In this document: positions 1 through 8,221 of the stretch, piece after piece
How the letters are laid out: the number at the start of each line of letters is the position of its first letter
Numbering within the stretch: position 1 is the first letter of the stretch
From: a virus
Lineage: Duplodnaviria > Caudoviricetes
DNA: 64,000 bases
IMG/VR virus record: IMGVR_UViG_2891785506_000002
Span: 2,420 to 66,419 of that record
Direction: 5' to 3' (one strand)
Position numbers and translations under genes: made by a program
The notes under the pieces: model-generated
The model's database searches: none
What the model saw: only the letters and a program-made list of their open reading frames with translations
Told to the model about the DNA's origin: nothing

Positions 1-303
1 GTCATTCGTTTTATTCACGGAGATATTCCCGCTTGCCGTGTTGATATTATCCCCGTGTTCGTTTGTTTGGTTGACGTTTTGAATTATCATATCCCCTTTA
101 CCTTTCATCAACCAATCAGGAGAAATAAATAGCGATTCTGCACTAAGTATTTTTTCAAGAACATCATATCCCGGCTTACTAAACCTTCCTCCAACAATAT
201 CTTTTAATGTCGATTGACTTATATCGATTGCTCTTGCAAATGCACTCACATTTCCATCAAAACACTCATCTACAATACATTTTATTCTTTCATTTACATT
301 CAT
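1..303 (-). CDS. XRE-family (CI-like) phage repressor, truncated by the window edge
   Basis: Manual translation from ATG at 303: MNVNERIKCIVDECFDGNVSAFARAIDISQSTLKDIVGGRFSKPGYDVLEKIL...PDWLMKGKG. XRE HTH pattern with the typical WL..G.G end; divergent from the early operon. Not in the ORF track. Confidence 0.85.
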   Translation of the reverse strand, partial: MNVNERIKCIVDECFDGNVSAFARAIDISQSTLKDIVGGRFSKPGYDVLEKILSAESLFISPDWLMKGKGDMIIQNVNQTNEHGDNINTASGNISVNKTND

Positions 304-367
304 ATTGGTATTATTATTTTTATTCATTATAAATTATCGCTATTTCACTAAAATATTTGTGTTTAAT

Positions 368-398
368 TTTGACATAGTGCAATTTCACTATATATTTG
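368..398 (+). promoter_or_regulatory. Bacteroidota promoter of the early operon with an overlapping palindromic operator
   Basis: TTTG 368-371, 19-nt spacer, TATATTTG 391-398. Palindrome ATAGTG-N6-CACTAT at 374-391 lies between the boxes. Confidence 0.7.
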
Positions 399-470
399 TA
401 TTCGAAATCATGACACAGTGACCGACACAATATCATAAAATTAAATAATGTTCAAATATAAAAAGTAATT

Positions 471-674
471 ATGGGAAAAACAATCACGAAACCGAAAACT
501 TTAGAAGACCAGCTTCTAAATGTTGAAATGGGGAAAAATGTACTTGTAAAATACGTTGATTATTCCCCGGAGCATATCAGGAGAACCGTGAGCAAGCTGA
601 ACAAGAAAGGTTACTCTTTCGAGGCAACGTCATCACAGAGAGATAGTGGAATTATTGTTTCACGAATAAGATGA
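471..674 (+). CDS. Small DNA-binding protein (Cro-position)
   Basis: 67-aa basic ORF, first gene divergent from the repressor. Confidence 0.55.
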   Translation: MGKTITKPKTLEDQLLNVEMGKNVLVKYVDYSPEHIRRTVSKLNKKGYSFEATSSQRDSGIIVSRIR

Positions 675-701
675 TTGAAAAACCTATAAAATAACACGAT
701 C

Positions 702-935
702 ATGGCAATCAAACGCAACCCCAGGATAATAAAAGCTGACGAAATCGGGTACGTCCCGAGAGAGGCTATAAAAGAAACATTGCGTGTTAGTGATGACACG
801 CTTGAAGAATGGAGGAAACTAGGTCTTACTAGAAGAGTGATCGGTAAAAAGGTTTTTTACTCGTTGCAAGAATTGCAACGATTCATGGAGGCATTCAGGG
901 AGGAGCAAGAAGAGTACAAGCACGTTGGAATTTAA
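702..935 (+). CDS. Excisionase-like/MerR-type HTH protein
   Basis: REAIKETLRVSDDTLEEWRKLG...IGKKVFYSLQELQRFM is a winged-HTH Xis-like pattern. Confidence 0.6.
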   Translation: MAIKRNPRIIKADEIGYVPREAIKETLRVSDDTLEEWRKLGLTRRVIGKKVFYSLQELQRFMEAFREEQEEYKHVGI

Positions 936-945
936 TTAAAGTAGC

Positions 946-1155
946 ATGACTATAAATTTCGATAAAGAGGGCATTCCCGTTAAAGACAAATCATTCAGGG
1001 AGTTCAAGACAGCTTATTTGATAGGCATGACTAAAGTACAAAAGTACGTCGAATGTATTGCTGATCGGCTAAAGGTAAAATACAACTTGACAGACGAGCA
1101 ATACATGGATGCAGTAGATGTAATAGTTAATGAACAATTTATTCAAAAGCCATGA
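946..1155 (+). CDS. Hypothetical phage protein
   Basis: 69-aa ORF in operon register. Confidence 0.55.
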   Translation: MTINFDKEGIPVKDKSFREFKTAYLIGMTKVQKYVECIADRLKVKYNLTDEQYMDAVDVIVNEQFIQKP

Positions 1156-1334
1156 AAAAATTTGGAATCACACTAGCGGCTCTTCTATCCTGCTTGGGAA
1201 TCGCTGCTTTATTTGCAGGATTATTAGGGAAAACTCATCAGTTTGCAATGTTTGTAATTTGCTTGATCGTGGCAATTCCCATGTGGGAAGAAATATACAA
1301 GGAGTGGAAAAAAGAGAAAGCGAATGAGTTATAA
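1152..1334 (+). CDS. Small membrane protein
   Basis: Two hydrophobic segments; ATGA overlap with the upstream ORF. Confidence 0.55.
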   Translation: MKKFGITLAALLSCLGIAALFAGLLGKTHQFAMFVICLIVAIPMWEEIYKEWKKEKANEL

Positions 1335-1614
1335 CGCCCCTTTCGGATCGGAAAGCCATCCATATTGCCCTTGGCATGGTAACTCGGGAGCAAGCGATCT
1401 CCCCTTGCAAGACAAGTGCGTATTCTGCGAGGAGATGGTGAATGATGAAGATTGCGAGGTTATACACGGTTTGGTTTTCTGCAACGAATGCTTGAAGGCT
1501 ATAGAAGAGCACGGGGACGGGATAGAGGAAGAGATTAAACATTTCCTGACAAGCAATGATTTATGTAAGGTTAGCCCGGACAAAGTAGCGATACTCGAAA
1601 GGGCGAATTTTTAG
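1324..1614 (+). CDS. Cys-rich (zinc-finger-like) hypothetical protein
   Basis: CxxC pairs CVFC and CNEC. Confidence 0.55.
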   Translation: MSYNAPFGSESHPYCPWHGNSGASDLPLQDKCVFCEEMVNDEDCEVIHGLVFCNECLKAIEEHGDGIEEEIKHFLTSNDLCKVSPDKVAILERANF

Positions 1615-1638
1615 AAACTTCTTAATACTAATATAAAC

Positions 1639-2655
1639 ATGAAAGCGTACAAAGGTTTTAAAAAAGATTTTACATGTAGAGGATTTCAGTTCGAGGAAGG
1701 CAAGGAATACGAGGAAAAAGAGGCGGTGTTATGTGAAAAAGGTTTCCACGCCTGTATTAACCCTCTTGATGTACTTAACTATTATAAAGATATAGATAAC
1801 AGATATTGCGAAATAGAACTTGACGAGGTATCAAACGACAAAAAATATAATGATTCTAAAATCTGCGGCAAGCGTATAAAAATAAACGCCGAAATCGGAT
1901 TTATTGGATTATTCAAAATGGGGATAGAATGGTTGAAGGAACAAACTATATTCTCGAAAAATGATATAGAGGAGTTAGAAAAATCGTCGGGTAATGATGC
2001 AAAGATCGGGTCGTCGGGTGATTACGCAAAAATCGGGTCGTCGGGTAATGATGCAAAGATCGGGTCGTCGGGTAATGATGCAAAGATCGGGTCGTCGGGT
2101 GATTACGCAAAGATCGGGTCGTCGGGTGATTACGCAAAGATCGGGTCGTCGGGTGATGATGCAAAGATCGGGTCGTCGGGTGATTACGCAAAGATCGGGT
2201 CGTCGGGTGATTACGCAAAAATCGGGTCGTCGGGTGATTACGCAAAGATCGGGTCGTCGGGTGATTACGCAAAAATCGGGTCGTCGGGTTATAATGTACA
2301 GATCGGGTCGTCGGGTGATTACGCAAAGATCGGGTCGTCGGGTAATGATGCAAAGATCGGGTCGTCGGGTGATTACGCAAAAATCGGGTCGTCGGGTGAT
2401 TACGCAAAGATCGGGTCGTCGGGTGATTACGCAAAGATCGGGTCGTCGGGTAAAAATAGCGTGGTGATGTGTGCTGGGTGTAATTCGATAGCGAAGGCAA
2501 AAATTGGCTCTTGGATAACACTTGCCGAATATAAATATGAAAATGGAGAATGGGTGCCTGTAAACGTGGTAACCAAAAAAGTTGATGGTATCGAGATAAA
2601 AGAAGACACTTATTACAAGTTAGTCAACGGGGTATTCACGGAAGTAAACGAATAA
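1639..2655 (+). CDS. Phage protein with a 9-aa SSGxxAKIG repeat (beta-solenoid-like)
   Basis: N-terminal KAYKGF...CRGFQFEEGKEY...GFHAC domain followed by 17 nonapeptide repeats. Confidence 0.8.
   Translation: MKAYKGFKKDFTCRGFQFEEGKEYEEKEAVLCEKGFHACINPLDVLNYYKDIDNRYCEIELDEVSNDKKYNDSKICGKRIKINAEIGFIGLFKMGIEWLKEQTIFSKNDIEELEKSSGNDAKIGSSGDYAKIGSSGNDAKIGSSGNDAKIGSSGDYAKIGSSGDYAKIGSSGDDAKIGSSGDYAKIGSSGDYAKIGSSGDYAKIGSSGDYAKIGSSGYNVQIGSSGDYAKIGSSGNDAKIGSSGDYAKIGSSGDYAKIGSSGDYAKIGSSGKNSVVMCAGCNSIAKAKIGSWITLAEYKYENGEWVPVNVVTKKVDGIEIKEDTYYKLVNGVFTEVNE
1984..2442 (+). repeat. 27-bp coding tandem repeat, 17 copies
   Basis: Unit TCGTCGGGT(G/A)AT(TAC/GAT)GCAAA(G/A)ATCGGG counted directly; one divergent unit (YNVQ). 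Confidence 0.95.
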
Positions 2656-2666
2656 AATTAAGAGAT

Positions 2667-2819
2667 ATGAAAAAAGGCGACAAAGTAACGAGCTCCTATA
2701 TCGAAGGAGTGTTCACGATTAATAGTTTGGATAAAAACAACGGTTTTGCCCTGTTAAAGCAGAGGGGCTGTAAAACACTTGTAAGAGTGCCGATAAATAC
2801 TCTAAGCAAAGTTCTGTAG
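2667..2819 (+). CDS. Hypothetical protein (50 aa)
   Basis: Manual translation MKKGDKVTSSYIEGVFTINS...; below the track length cutoff. Confidence 0.5.
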   Translation: MKKGDKVTSSYIEGVFTINSLDKNNGFALLKQRGCKTLVRVPINTLSKVL

Positions 2820-2869
2820 TTCTTTTATTTGTTTGTATTAAAAACAGCCGGGTGGAAGTCCCGGCACAC

Positions 2870-2955
2870 GGGAGCGCACAGCTTGGAGAAGCATTCTTTT
2901 CTACACTTTCGCACACATACACACACCCACGAGGGTTCGAGCCCCTCCGCTCCCA
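2870..2955 (+). ncRNA. tRNA-like element (intact acceptor stem and T-arm, no anticodon arm)
   Basis: GGGAGCG 2870-2876 pairs with CGCTCCC 2948-2954. T-arm GAGGG-TTCGAGC-CCCTC. Interior is unpaired and AC-rich. Confidence 0.6.
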
Positions 2956-3195
2956 CTAAAAAAAAGAAACCGCCTCCTTGAAAGCAGCGGTTGGGTTCTT
3001 TGAAATAATTAGGGGTCTCTTTAACTATCGGGATGATGGTAATAGAGAATCGTCAAAATATACAGTTAACGACGGGTTGTGATGGTGACATCAATTATCC
3101 CGTTTAGTGATTAACCAGTTTAATCCCCCGGTCGATTCAGTCGTGCGCTTCGATGCGAGCCGGGGACAAATATTAATTAATTCAGATACAAAGAT

Positions 3196-4176
3196 ATGAA
3201 AGATTTAGTTGCTACACAAGTTCCTGAAACGGTGTACAATTTGGATAACGAGTTGTATCACCGTGGGGAACCGTATAGACAATACGCGTCTTCCACTCAG
3301 CTAAAGGATTACCTTGTATCGCCCAAGTTCGCTAAATACAAGCGGGAACACCCGTTAGAATTTGAGATTAGTATGGAGGCGAGCGAGAAAGGCAGCCTGT
3401 ACCACGATTGCATGGCAAGCATCGTGAATACGGGTGACACGAGAGAATTCGAGAGATCTGTGATCGTGTTTAATCCCCCGATCAATCCACGAACGGGAAA
3501 TCCTTACGGGTACGACACGGCGGCTTACAGGGAAGCGTTAAAAGACTTCACGGCAGCTTATCCAGACAAAAGGCTGGTTTCTCAATCGGATTTAGACCTT
3601 ATTCACGTGATGATAAACGAAGCCTTGAATAATTGTCGTGAAACATCCCACAGTATTAGGCAAATAATCCGGTGGGGCAAGGCAGAAGTGAGCCATTTTA
3701 TAGAGTACAAAGGCGCTAAATTCAAGTATAGACCTGATATAGAAACAAAACGCAAGATTGTTGATTGGAAGACAGTATCAGTTGATGATTTACACGAGGA
3801 CACGATTAATAAAACAATCTTGAAGTTCAAGTACGACATATCGGCTGCTTTCTATCAGTTTTTCGAGCATGAAAGAACAGGACAATGGAAAGAATTCTAC
3901 TGGATTTTCCAACAAAAAAAAGCCCCGTATGATACCGTTCTAGTAAGCGCAGAAGAGTACGCCTATAATTACAAGGAGAACGACGACATGACGTTGTTAG
4001 GTCCGGGAGCGTTAAAGTTTCAAGCATTGTTAGACCAACATATTTACGCCATGACATCCAGCGTGTATGACGGGGCACAAGTATTCATTCAACCCGGATT
4101 CCAAAATAAAAGAATCATGGTTCCCACTCCCCCGGGGTACGAGAAGCAAAAATCATTAACTTATTACAATGAATAA
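3196..4176 (+). CDS. RecE/ExoVIII-like PD-(D/E)XK exonuclease
   Basis: SSTQLK...GSLYHD, K.RPD...IVDWKT and Y..SAAFY motifs; directly upstream of RecT. Confidence 0.75.
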   Translation: MKDLVATQVPETVYNLDNELYHRGEPYRQYASSTQLKDYLVSPKFAKYKREHPLEFEISMEASEKGSLYHDCMASIVNTGDTREFERSVIVFNPPINPRTGNPYGYDTAAYREALKDFTAAYPDKRLVSQSDLDLIHVMINEALNNCRETSHSIRQIIRWGKAEVSHFIEYKGAKFKYRPDIETKRKIVDWKTVSVDDLHEDTINKTILKFKYDISAAFYQFFEHERTGQWKEFYWIFQQKKAPYDTVLVSAEEYAYNYKENDDMTLLGPGALKFQALLDQHIYAMTSSVYDGAQVFIQPGFQNKRIMVPTPPGYEKQKSLTYYNE

Positions 4177-5077
4177 CATGACACAAGCAAAAGAACAACA
4201 AGCACAAATGTCGTTTGAACAAGGATCGGATAACAAGGTAGTTAAAGTAGAAAACAAGCAAGAGGCTCCGGTAGCGAAAAAAGAAAATCTTCCCGCTATT
4301 CCAAAGAAACTGGTTGATGCTGGATTAGCGACCTGTTTTCTTGCGCCTAAGCAAGCATTTTTGGCGGCAGGTGGCAGCAAAGAACAATTCGCGAGGGAAG
4401 TAAACTTCTCTATGCAGGCGTTGATGAACAACGAGTTTCTATTAAATTGCGCTAAAAGCAACCCGGAATTTCTTATTGAAGCGATAAAGAATGTCGCTCT
4501 AACAGGCTTGACGCTTAATCCCGAATTGCGACTTGGTTATCTTATCCCGTATAAAGGGAAAATAACTTTCCGCAGTTCTTACATGGGCAAGGTTGATATT
4601 CTTATCCGTTCCGGTATCGTTAAATGGATTGAAGCCAATCTAGTTTACGAGAAAGATACCTTTAACGTGGTTAAAGGTAGCAAAGAAGAGATCACGCATT
4701 TTCCCGATGTATTCGCTTCTGACCGTGGAGGTGTACAAGGAGGTTACTGGATTGCCACCATGCCGAACGGGTTAAAGGTTTTCGGGGTGATGTCGAAAAA
4801 CGACATAGATCAAATCAAGCAAAGAAGCGAATCGGCAAAATCCGGAGGACAAACACCTTGGAACACGGACTACGAGGAAATGGCGAAGAAAACGATAATA
4901 AACAGGGCGTTTAAATCTTTGCCGAAGTCCGGCATATCTGATGCCGTGTTAAAGGCGATGGAAATTGACGGGCAATATGACCGGGAAGAGTTTGAAGACT
5001 GGAAAAAGCAGCAAGAAACAAACGTTAGAGATCGTTTTAACGAGGATGACGTAACAGAGGCTAGCATAGTGGAATGA
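4169..5077 (+). CDS. recT: RecT-family single-strand annealing protein
   Basis: GL.LNP.L..GYLIPYKG, SYMG, PW.TDYEEMAKKTII.RAFK.LP motifs. Confidence 0.9.
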   Translation: MNNMTQAKEQQAQMSFEQGSDNKVVKVENKQEAPVAKKENLPAIPKKLVDAGLATCFLAPKQAFLAAGGSKEQFAREVNFSMQALMNNEFLLNCAKSNPEFLIEAIKNVALTGLTLNPELRLGYLIPYKGKITFRSSYMGKVDILIRSGIVKWIEANLVYEKDTFNVVKGSKEEITHFPDVFASDRGGVQGGYWIATMPNGLKVFGVMSKNDIDQIKQRSESAKSGGQTPWNTDYEEMAKKTIINRAFKSLPKSGISDAVLKAMEIDGQYDREEFEDWKKQQETNVRDRFNEDDVTEASIVE

Positions 5078-5511
5078 TTTATAACGGCAAGAAAAAAGAA
5101 GACCGGGAAAGCGCGAAAAAACGACTTGATGAATTATGTAATAGGGAAGCGAGATTCGAGATAGTAGAAAAGAAAAAGAAACGGACATTAAAACAAAACT
5201 CGTATTTGCACCTGATTCTTGGATTCTTCGCTATTGAAACAGGAAACACTCTGGAATTCGTGAAAAAGCAATATTTTAAAAGACTTTGCAATCCACGAAT
5301 TTTTATTATCTCGAAAAATGACCCTTACCTCGGTAATATACAAGTGTTGAAAAGTTCACGTGATATAGACACAGGGGAGATGACAACGGCTATTCAGCGT
5401 TTTCGTAACTGGTCCTCAGCAGAAGCTGGAATATATCTCCCGGAGCCGAACGAACAAGAATTTTTAGATTACATCGAGAATGAATTGGAACGACACAAGG
5501 AATACTTATGA
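5074..5511 (+). CDS. NinB-like recombination-associated protein
   Basis: RTLKQNSYLH...KSSRDIDTGEMTTAI..FR.W....GIYLPEP pattern. Confidence 0.55.
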   Translation: MIYNGKKKEDRESAKKRLDELCNREARFEIVEKKKKRTLKQNSYLHLILGFFAIETGNTLEFVKKQYFKRLCNPRIFIISKNDPYLGNIQVLKSSRDIDTGEMTTAIQRFRNWSSAEAGIYLPEPNEQEFLDYIENELERHKEYL

Positions 5512-5702
5512 AATCCATCCCCAACACCCTACACGCCGACTTGATCAAGTTACTTGAATCGTTACCCGATCACGTGACGGGGGTATCTGTTCGGGAGCTT
5601 GAATTCAAAAGAAAGGCAACGTTATTAAAAAGGAAACTTGAAAGATGTAAGGACATAATACATGAAAGTACAGTTAATCAACCTCGGGAGGAACAACATT
5701 AA
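5508..5702 (+). CDS. Hypothetical protein
   Basis: Operon-coupled ORF. Confidence 0.5.
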   Translation: MKSIPNTLHADLIKLLESLPDHVTGVSVRELEFKRKATLLKRKLERCKDIIHESTVNQPREEQH

Positions 5703-5865
5703 CAAGATTGTTTACCCGGCAGACAAGCAAGCGTTGCAGCGAGAGATTAACCGGCACGTGTTGACTACCTGCTGGACGCTTGAGCAATCTCCAAAAGAAG
5801 AAAATGAATACTATGTCCTTCGTGGCATGGACGTGATAGGAATGATTAAAATTTTAAAACAATAA
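5662..5865 (+). CDS. Hypothetical protein
   Basis: Operon-coupled ORF. Confidence 0.5.
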   Translation: MKVQLINLGRNNINKIVYPADKQALQREINRHVLTTCWTLEQSPKEENEYYVLRGMDVIGMIKILKQ

Positions 5866-5876
5866 ACACTATAATC

Positions 5877-6443
5877 ATGGCTAATAAAGACACTAGAAGA
5901 GTAAACTTCAACAAATCATTACAGATGCACCTCGCTTGCGCTACTGACGATCTTAGGGTAGTGATGGAGCACATCTATTTTCAAGACGGTTTCGCTTACG
6001 CTTCAAACGCTCACGTGTTGGTGAAAAATGATTTATCCGTTTGCTCGTCTATCTCGCAAGAGCAGATCGAGATCCTTAACGGCAAATTGCTTCACAAAGA
6101 CGCTTACAAAGAGATTCTCAAGTACGATGTTATCGATATATCGGAAGAGGGCATCCAGTGCAAAAAAGGGAATAATACAACTTTTTTCTACTTCAACACA
6201 GACGGATCATTAAAATATCCAAAGGCGAAAGAACTGGTTGAAGAGAAATACGCTTTGTCTACCGTTCCCACTCCTCAAATATCCATCAACGCCAAACTGA
6301 TAGAAATTATTAATAAGGCGTTGTATCATCAACGAGAATTAAAATTCACTTTCAAGGGAGTTAACGAAAGTATCCTCTGCGAGGATAACGATATCGATTC
6401 GACAAATTGCGTTGGCTTGATAATGCCTTGCATGACACTATAA
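5877..6443 (+). CDS. Sliding-clamp (DnaN)-like fragment protein
   Basis: ACATDDLRVVMEHIYFQDGFAYASNAHVLV resembles clamp D..R..l.gi.......AtdghrL; ends with GLIMP. Confidence 0.45.
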   Translation: MANKDTRRVNFNKSLQMHLACATDDLRVVMEHIYFQDGFAYASNAHVLVKNDLSVCSSISQEQIEILNGKLLHKDAYKEILKYDVIDISEEGIQCKKGNNTTFFYFNTDGSLKYPKAKELVEEKYALSTVPTPQISINAKLIEIINKALYHQRELKFTFKGVNESILCEDNDIDSTNCVGLIMPCMTL

Positions 6444-6468
6444 ACACTGCCCGGTTTCACGGGCACAC

Positions 6469-6652
6469 GAACGAGAATAGTCATAGGGTGCTAAGACCAA
6501 ATGAACGGAAGTTGCAAGTGTACATAGCAATGTATGTCATCAAGACCGTGCAGCAGCAGACATCTAGTAGGTAAGACGTGAGAATAGCCAATATCACGAA
6601 CGAACGTAGAAAGCTGACGATACTTGTGCGGGTTCGACTCCCGCCTCGTTCT
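6469..6652 (+). ncRNA. Large (184-nt) tRNA-like structured RNA
   Basis: GAACGAG 6469-6475 pairs with CTCGTTC 6645-6651. T-arm GCGGG-TTCGACT-CCCGC 6628-6644. About 150-nt structured interior; fills an intergenic gap. Confidence 0.65.
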
Positions 6653-6672
6653 CGAATCAAGAATGAATATTT

Positions 6673-7032
6673 ATGAAAGACAGAGAACATCAAACGCAAG
6701 TGGCTTGCGTGAACTGGTTCCGGGTACAATATCCCGGCAAATTGATACACGCTATCCCTAACGGTGGGGCTAGAAATATCGTCACCGCAGCCAAGCTGAA
6801 AGCGGAAGGAGTTGTATCAGGTGTCCCGGATTTGTTCATCCCGGAGCCGTCCGGACAATATCACGGTCTATTCGTAGAAATGAAGGTGAAGGGTGGACGG
6901 TTACAAGAAACGCAAAAGGACATGATTGGTAAGCTGAAAGAGAGAGGTTACAAGTGTGCCGTGTGCTGGTCGCTTGACGATTTCATGAAGGTTGTGAACG
7001 AATATTTTAATAGACATGAAACGACTGATTGA
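6673..7032 (+). CDS. VRR-NUC domain nuclease
   Basis: EHQTQ...HAIPNGG.R....AAKLKAEGV.SGVPDL...GLFVEMK...GRL...QK motif. Confidence 0.9.
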   Translation: MKDREHQTQVACVNWFRVQYPGKLIHAIPNGGARNIVTAAKLKAEGVVSGVPDLFIPEPSGQYHGLFVEMKVKGGRLQETQKDMIGKLKERGYKCAVCWSLDDFMKVVNEYFNRHETTD

Positions 7033-7162
7033 ATACTTCAAAAGAAAACAAGATGCGAGACTCAAACGCTTATGCGTTAAAGAATCGGCAAAATCATGCA
7101 AGAGCGGTGAAGAATTAGTCTCCACCGCCAAATGGATTTACGATTGGATTAAAAGCAAGTGA
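7016..7162 (+). CDS. Hypothetical protein (48 aa)
   Basis: Manual translation MKRLIEYFKRKQDARLKRLCV...WIYDWIKSK. Confidence 0.45.
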   Translation: MKRLIEYFKRKQDARLKRLCVKESAKSCKSGEELVSTAKWIYDWIKSK

Positions 7163-7163
7163 T

Positions 7164-7499
7164 TCATTTCAATTCAATCGGGATGTTAAATTTGATTTTA
7201 GACAAGGATGCTTGTTGATATTCTGTGTTCCCTTTTGCTCCCAAGTTAATAGACCCTAGCAAAACACCTATTCCAGAACTAACACCATCCTTGTTTGATT
7301 CAGTCAAGGAAACTTCAAATTCTAAATTTGAAATCATTTTGGCTTCGGCTGTTGGCCCAATACCGTTTTTCACGTATGGGATTCCTTCTGAAACTAGACC
7401 ACCTGACGGGAGAATAGATTTTCCTGTTGTTTTCTTAGCTTCTGCGATGCCATTATAGATACTTGTTATAACATCCTTGATAAATTCATTTAATTCCAT
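7164..7499 (-). CDS. Antisense moron, Trypco2-like domain protein
   Basis: MELNEFIK.VI..I..GI..A...LEFEVSL......G.GIGV....I.LG.KG...S.IKF.IPI pattern. Own TAAATTTG promoter on the minus strand near 7530-7537. Confidence 0.55.
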   Translation of the reverse strand: MELNEFIKDVITSIYNGIAEAKKTTGKSILPSGGLVSEGIPYVKNGIGPTAEAKMISNLEFEVSLTESNKDGVSSGIGVLLGSINLGAKGNTEYQQASLSKIKFNIPIELK

Positions 7500-7834
7500 G
7501 ATAAAATATAATTTGAAATTCGACTATCACAAATTTAATAATTAACGAGCGACATTTCTATTTATCCACTTGATAAAATTGAAATTCGACACTTCAATAT
7601 AGAATGTCGCTCTTGTTTTACATTACTATGATGAGAAGACCGCCCAAACCACCCTCTAACCCACCGGATCGAGGTATAGTGATCATCGCTACATCCCCTC
7701 CTTCAGACTGCCTAACCTGTATTCACCATTCTATTTGGAAATACAATCTAATCGAATGCAAGTACAGGATTTGCCCGCAACCGAATTGCAAGGATAATAA
7801 CATTACATGTATAAACTATAAAGAATAAACAACT

Positions 7835-8011
7835 ATGAAAGAAGACTTATTAAATCAAGTTGACAGTGTAATTCGTAAATTACATGAAACGATTTTAGAA
7901 ACAGAAAAAATCCGCCAGCAAATTAATAATAGCGGGGAAACAACACGAGATAATAAAGGGTTTAATAAGACATCACATATCGTTACAGAGAAATTTCTTG
8001 TTAAACAGTGA
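7835..8011 (+). CDS. Hypothetical protein (58 aa)
   Basis: Manual translation MKEDLLNQVDSVIRKLHETILE... Confidence 0.4.
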   Translation: MKEDLLNQVDSVIRKLHETILETEKIRQQINNSGETTRDNKGFNKTSHIVTEKFLVKQ

Positions 8012-8221
8012 TACATACCCGCATTGTGGACAATACGCCATTACAACAGGGAATGTTGCCATACTTTTCAATCCAACAGTATGTAATTCTTGTCTATTGA
8101 ATCCTGTTAAATGAAATTCTTCCATGCAGAGTTCCTTGTTCCCAACAAATCCACAATTTGGACATGATCCTACTTTTAATTTCTTTTCAATTTTTAATTG
8201 ATCTTCTTGTGATAATTCCAT
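7973..8221 (-). CDS. Antisense moron, zinc-ribbon protein
   Basis: CPNCG and CPQCG pairs; own TAATTTTG promoter on the minus strand near 8248-8255. Confidence 0.65.
   Translation of the reverse strand: MELSQEDQLKIEKKLKVGSCPNCGFVGNKELCMEEFHLTGFNRQELHTVGLKSMATFPVVMAYCPQCGYVSLFNKKFLCNDM

Noticed and set aside
1984-2442. 27-bp array as a CRISPR array
   Set aside because: Units are contiguous with no unique spacers, stay in frame in a protein, and no cas genes are present.
1946-2521. Long alternative-frame ORFs (1946-2521 -, 1994-2467 +)
   Set aside because: They are open only because the repeat unit has no stop codon; shadows of the real ORF.
2870-2955. Functional tRNA gene
   Set aside because: No anticodon stem-loop can be drawn and the D-arm is degenerate; reported as tRNA-like instead.
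2960-3000. HDV-like/theta ribozyme downstream of the tRNA-like element
   Set aside because: A CCTCC-containing hairpin is present, but the nested double pseudoknot could not be drawn.
6469-6652. tmRNA or hammerhead ribozyme
   Set aside because: No G3-U70 pair, no tag-like ORF and too short for tmRNA. GAAAGCTGACGA has the hammerhead words adjacent, without the required stems.
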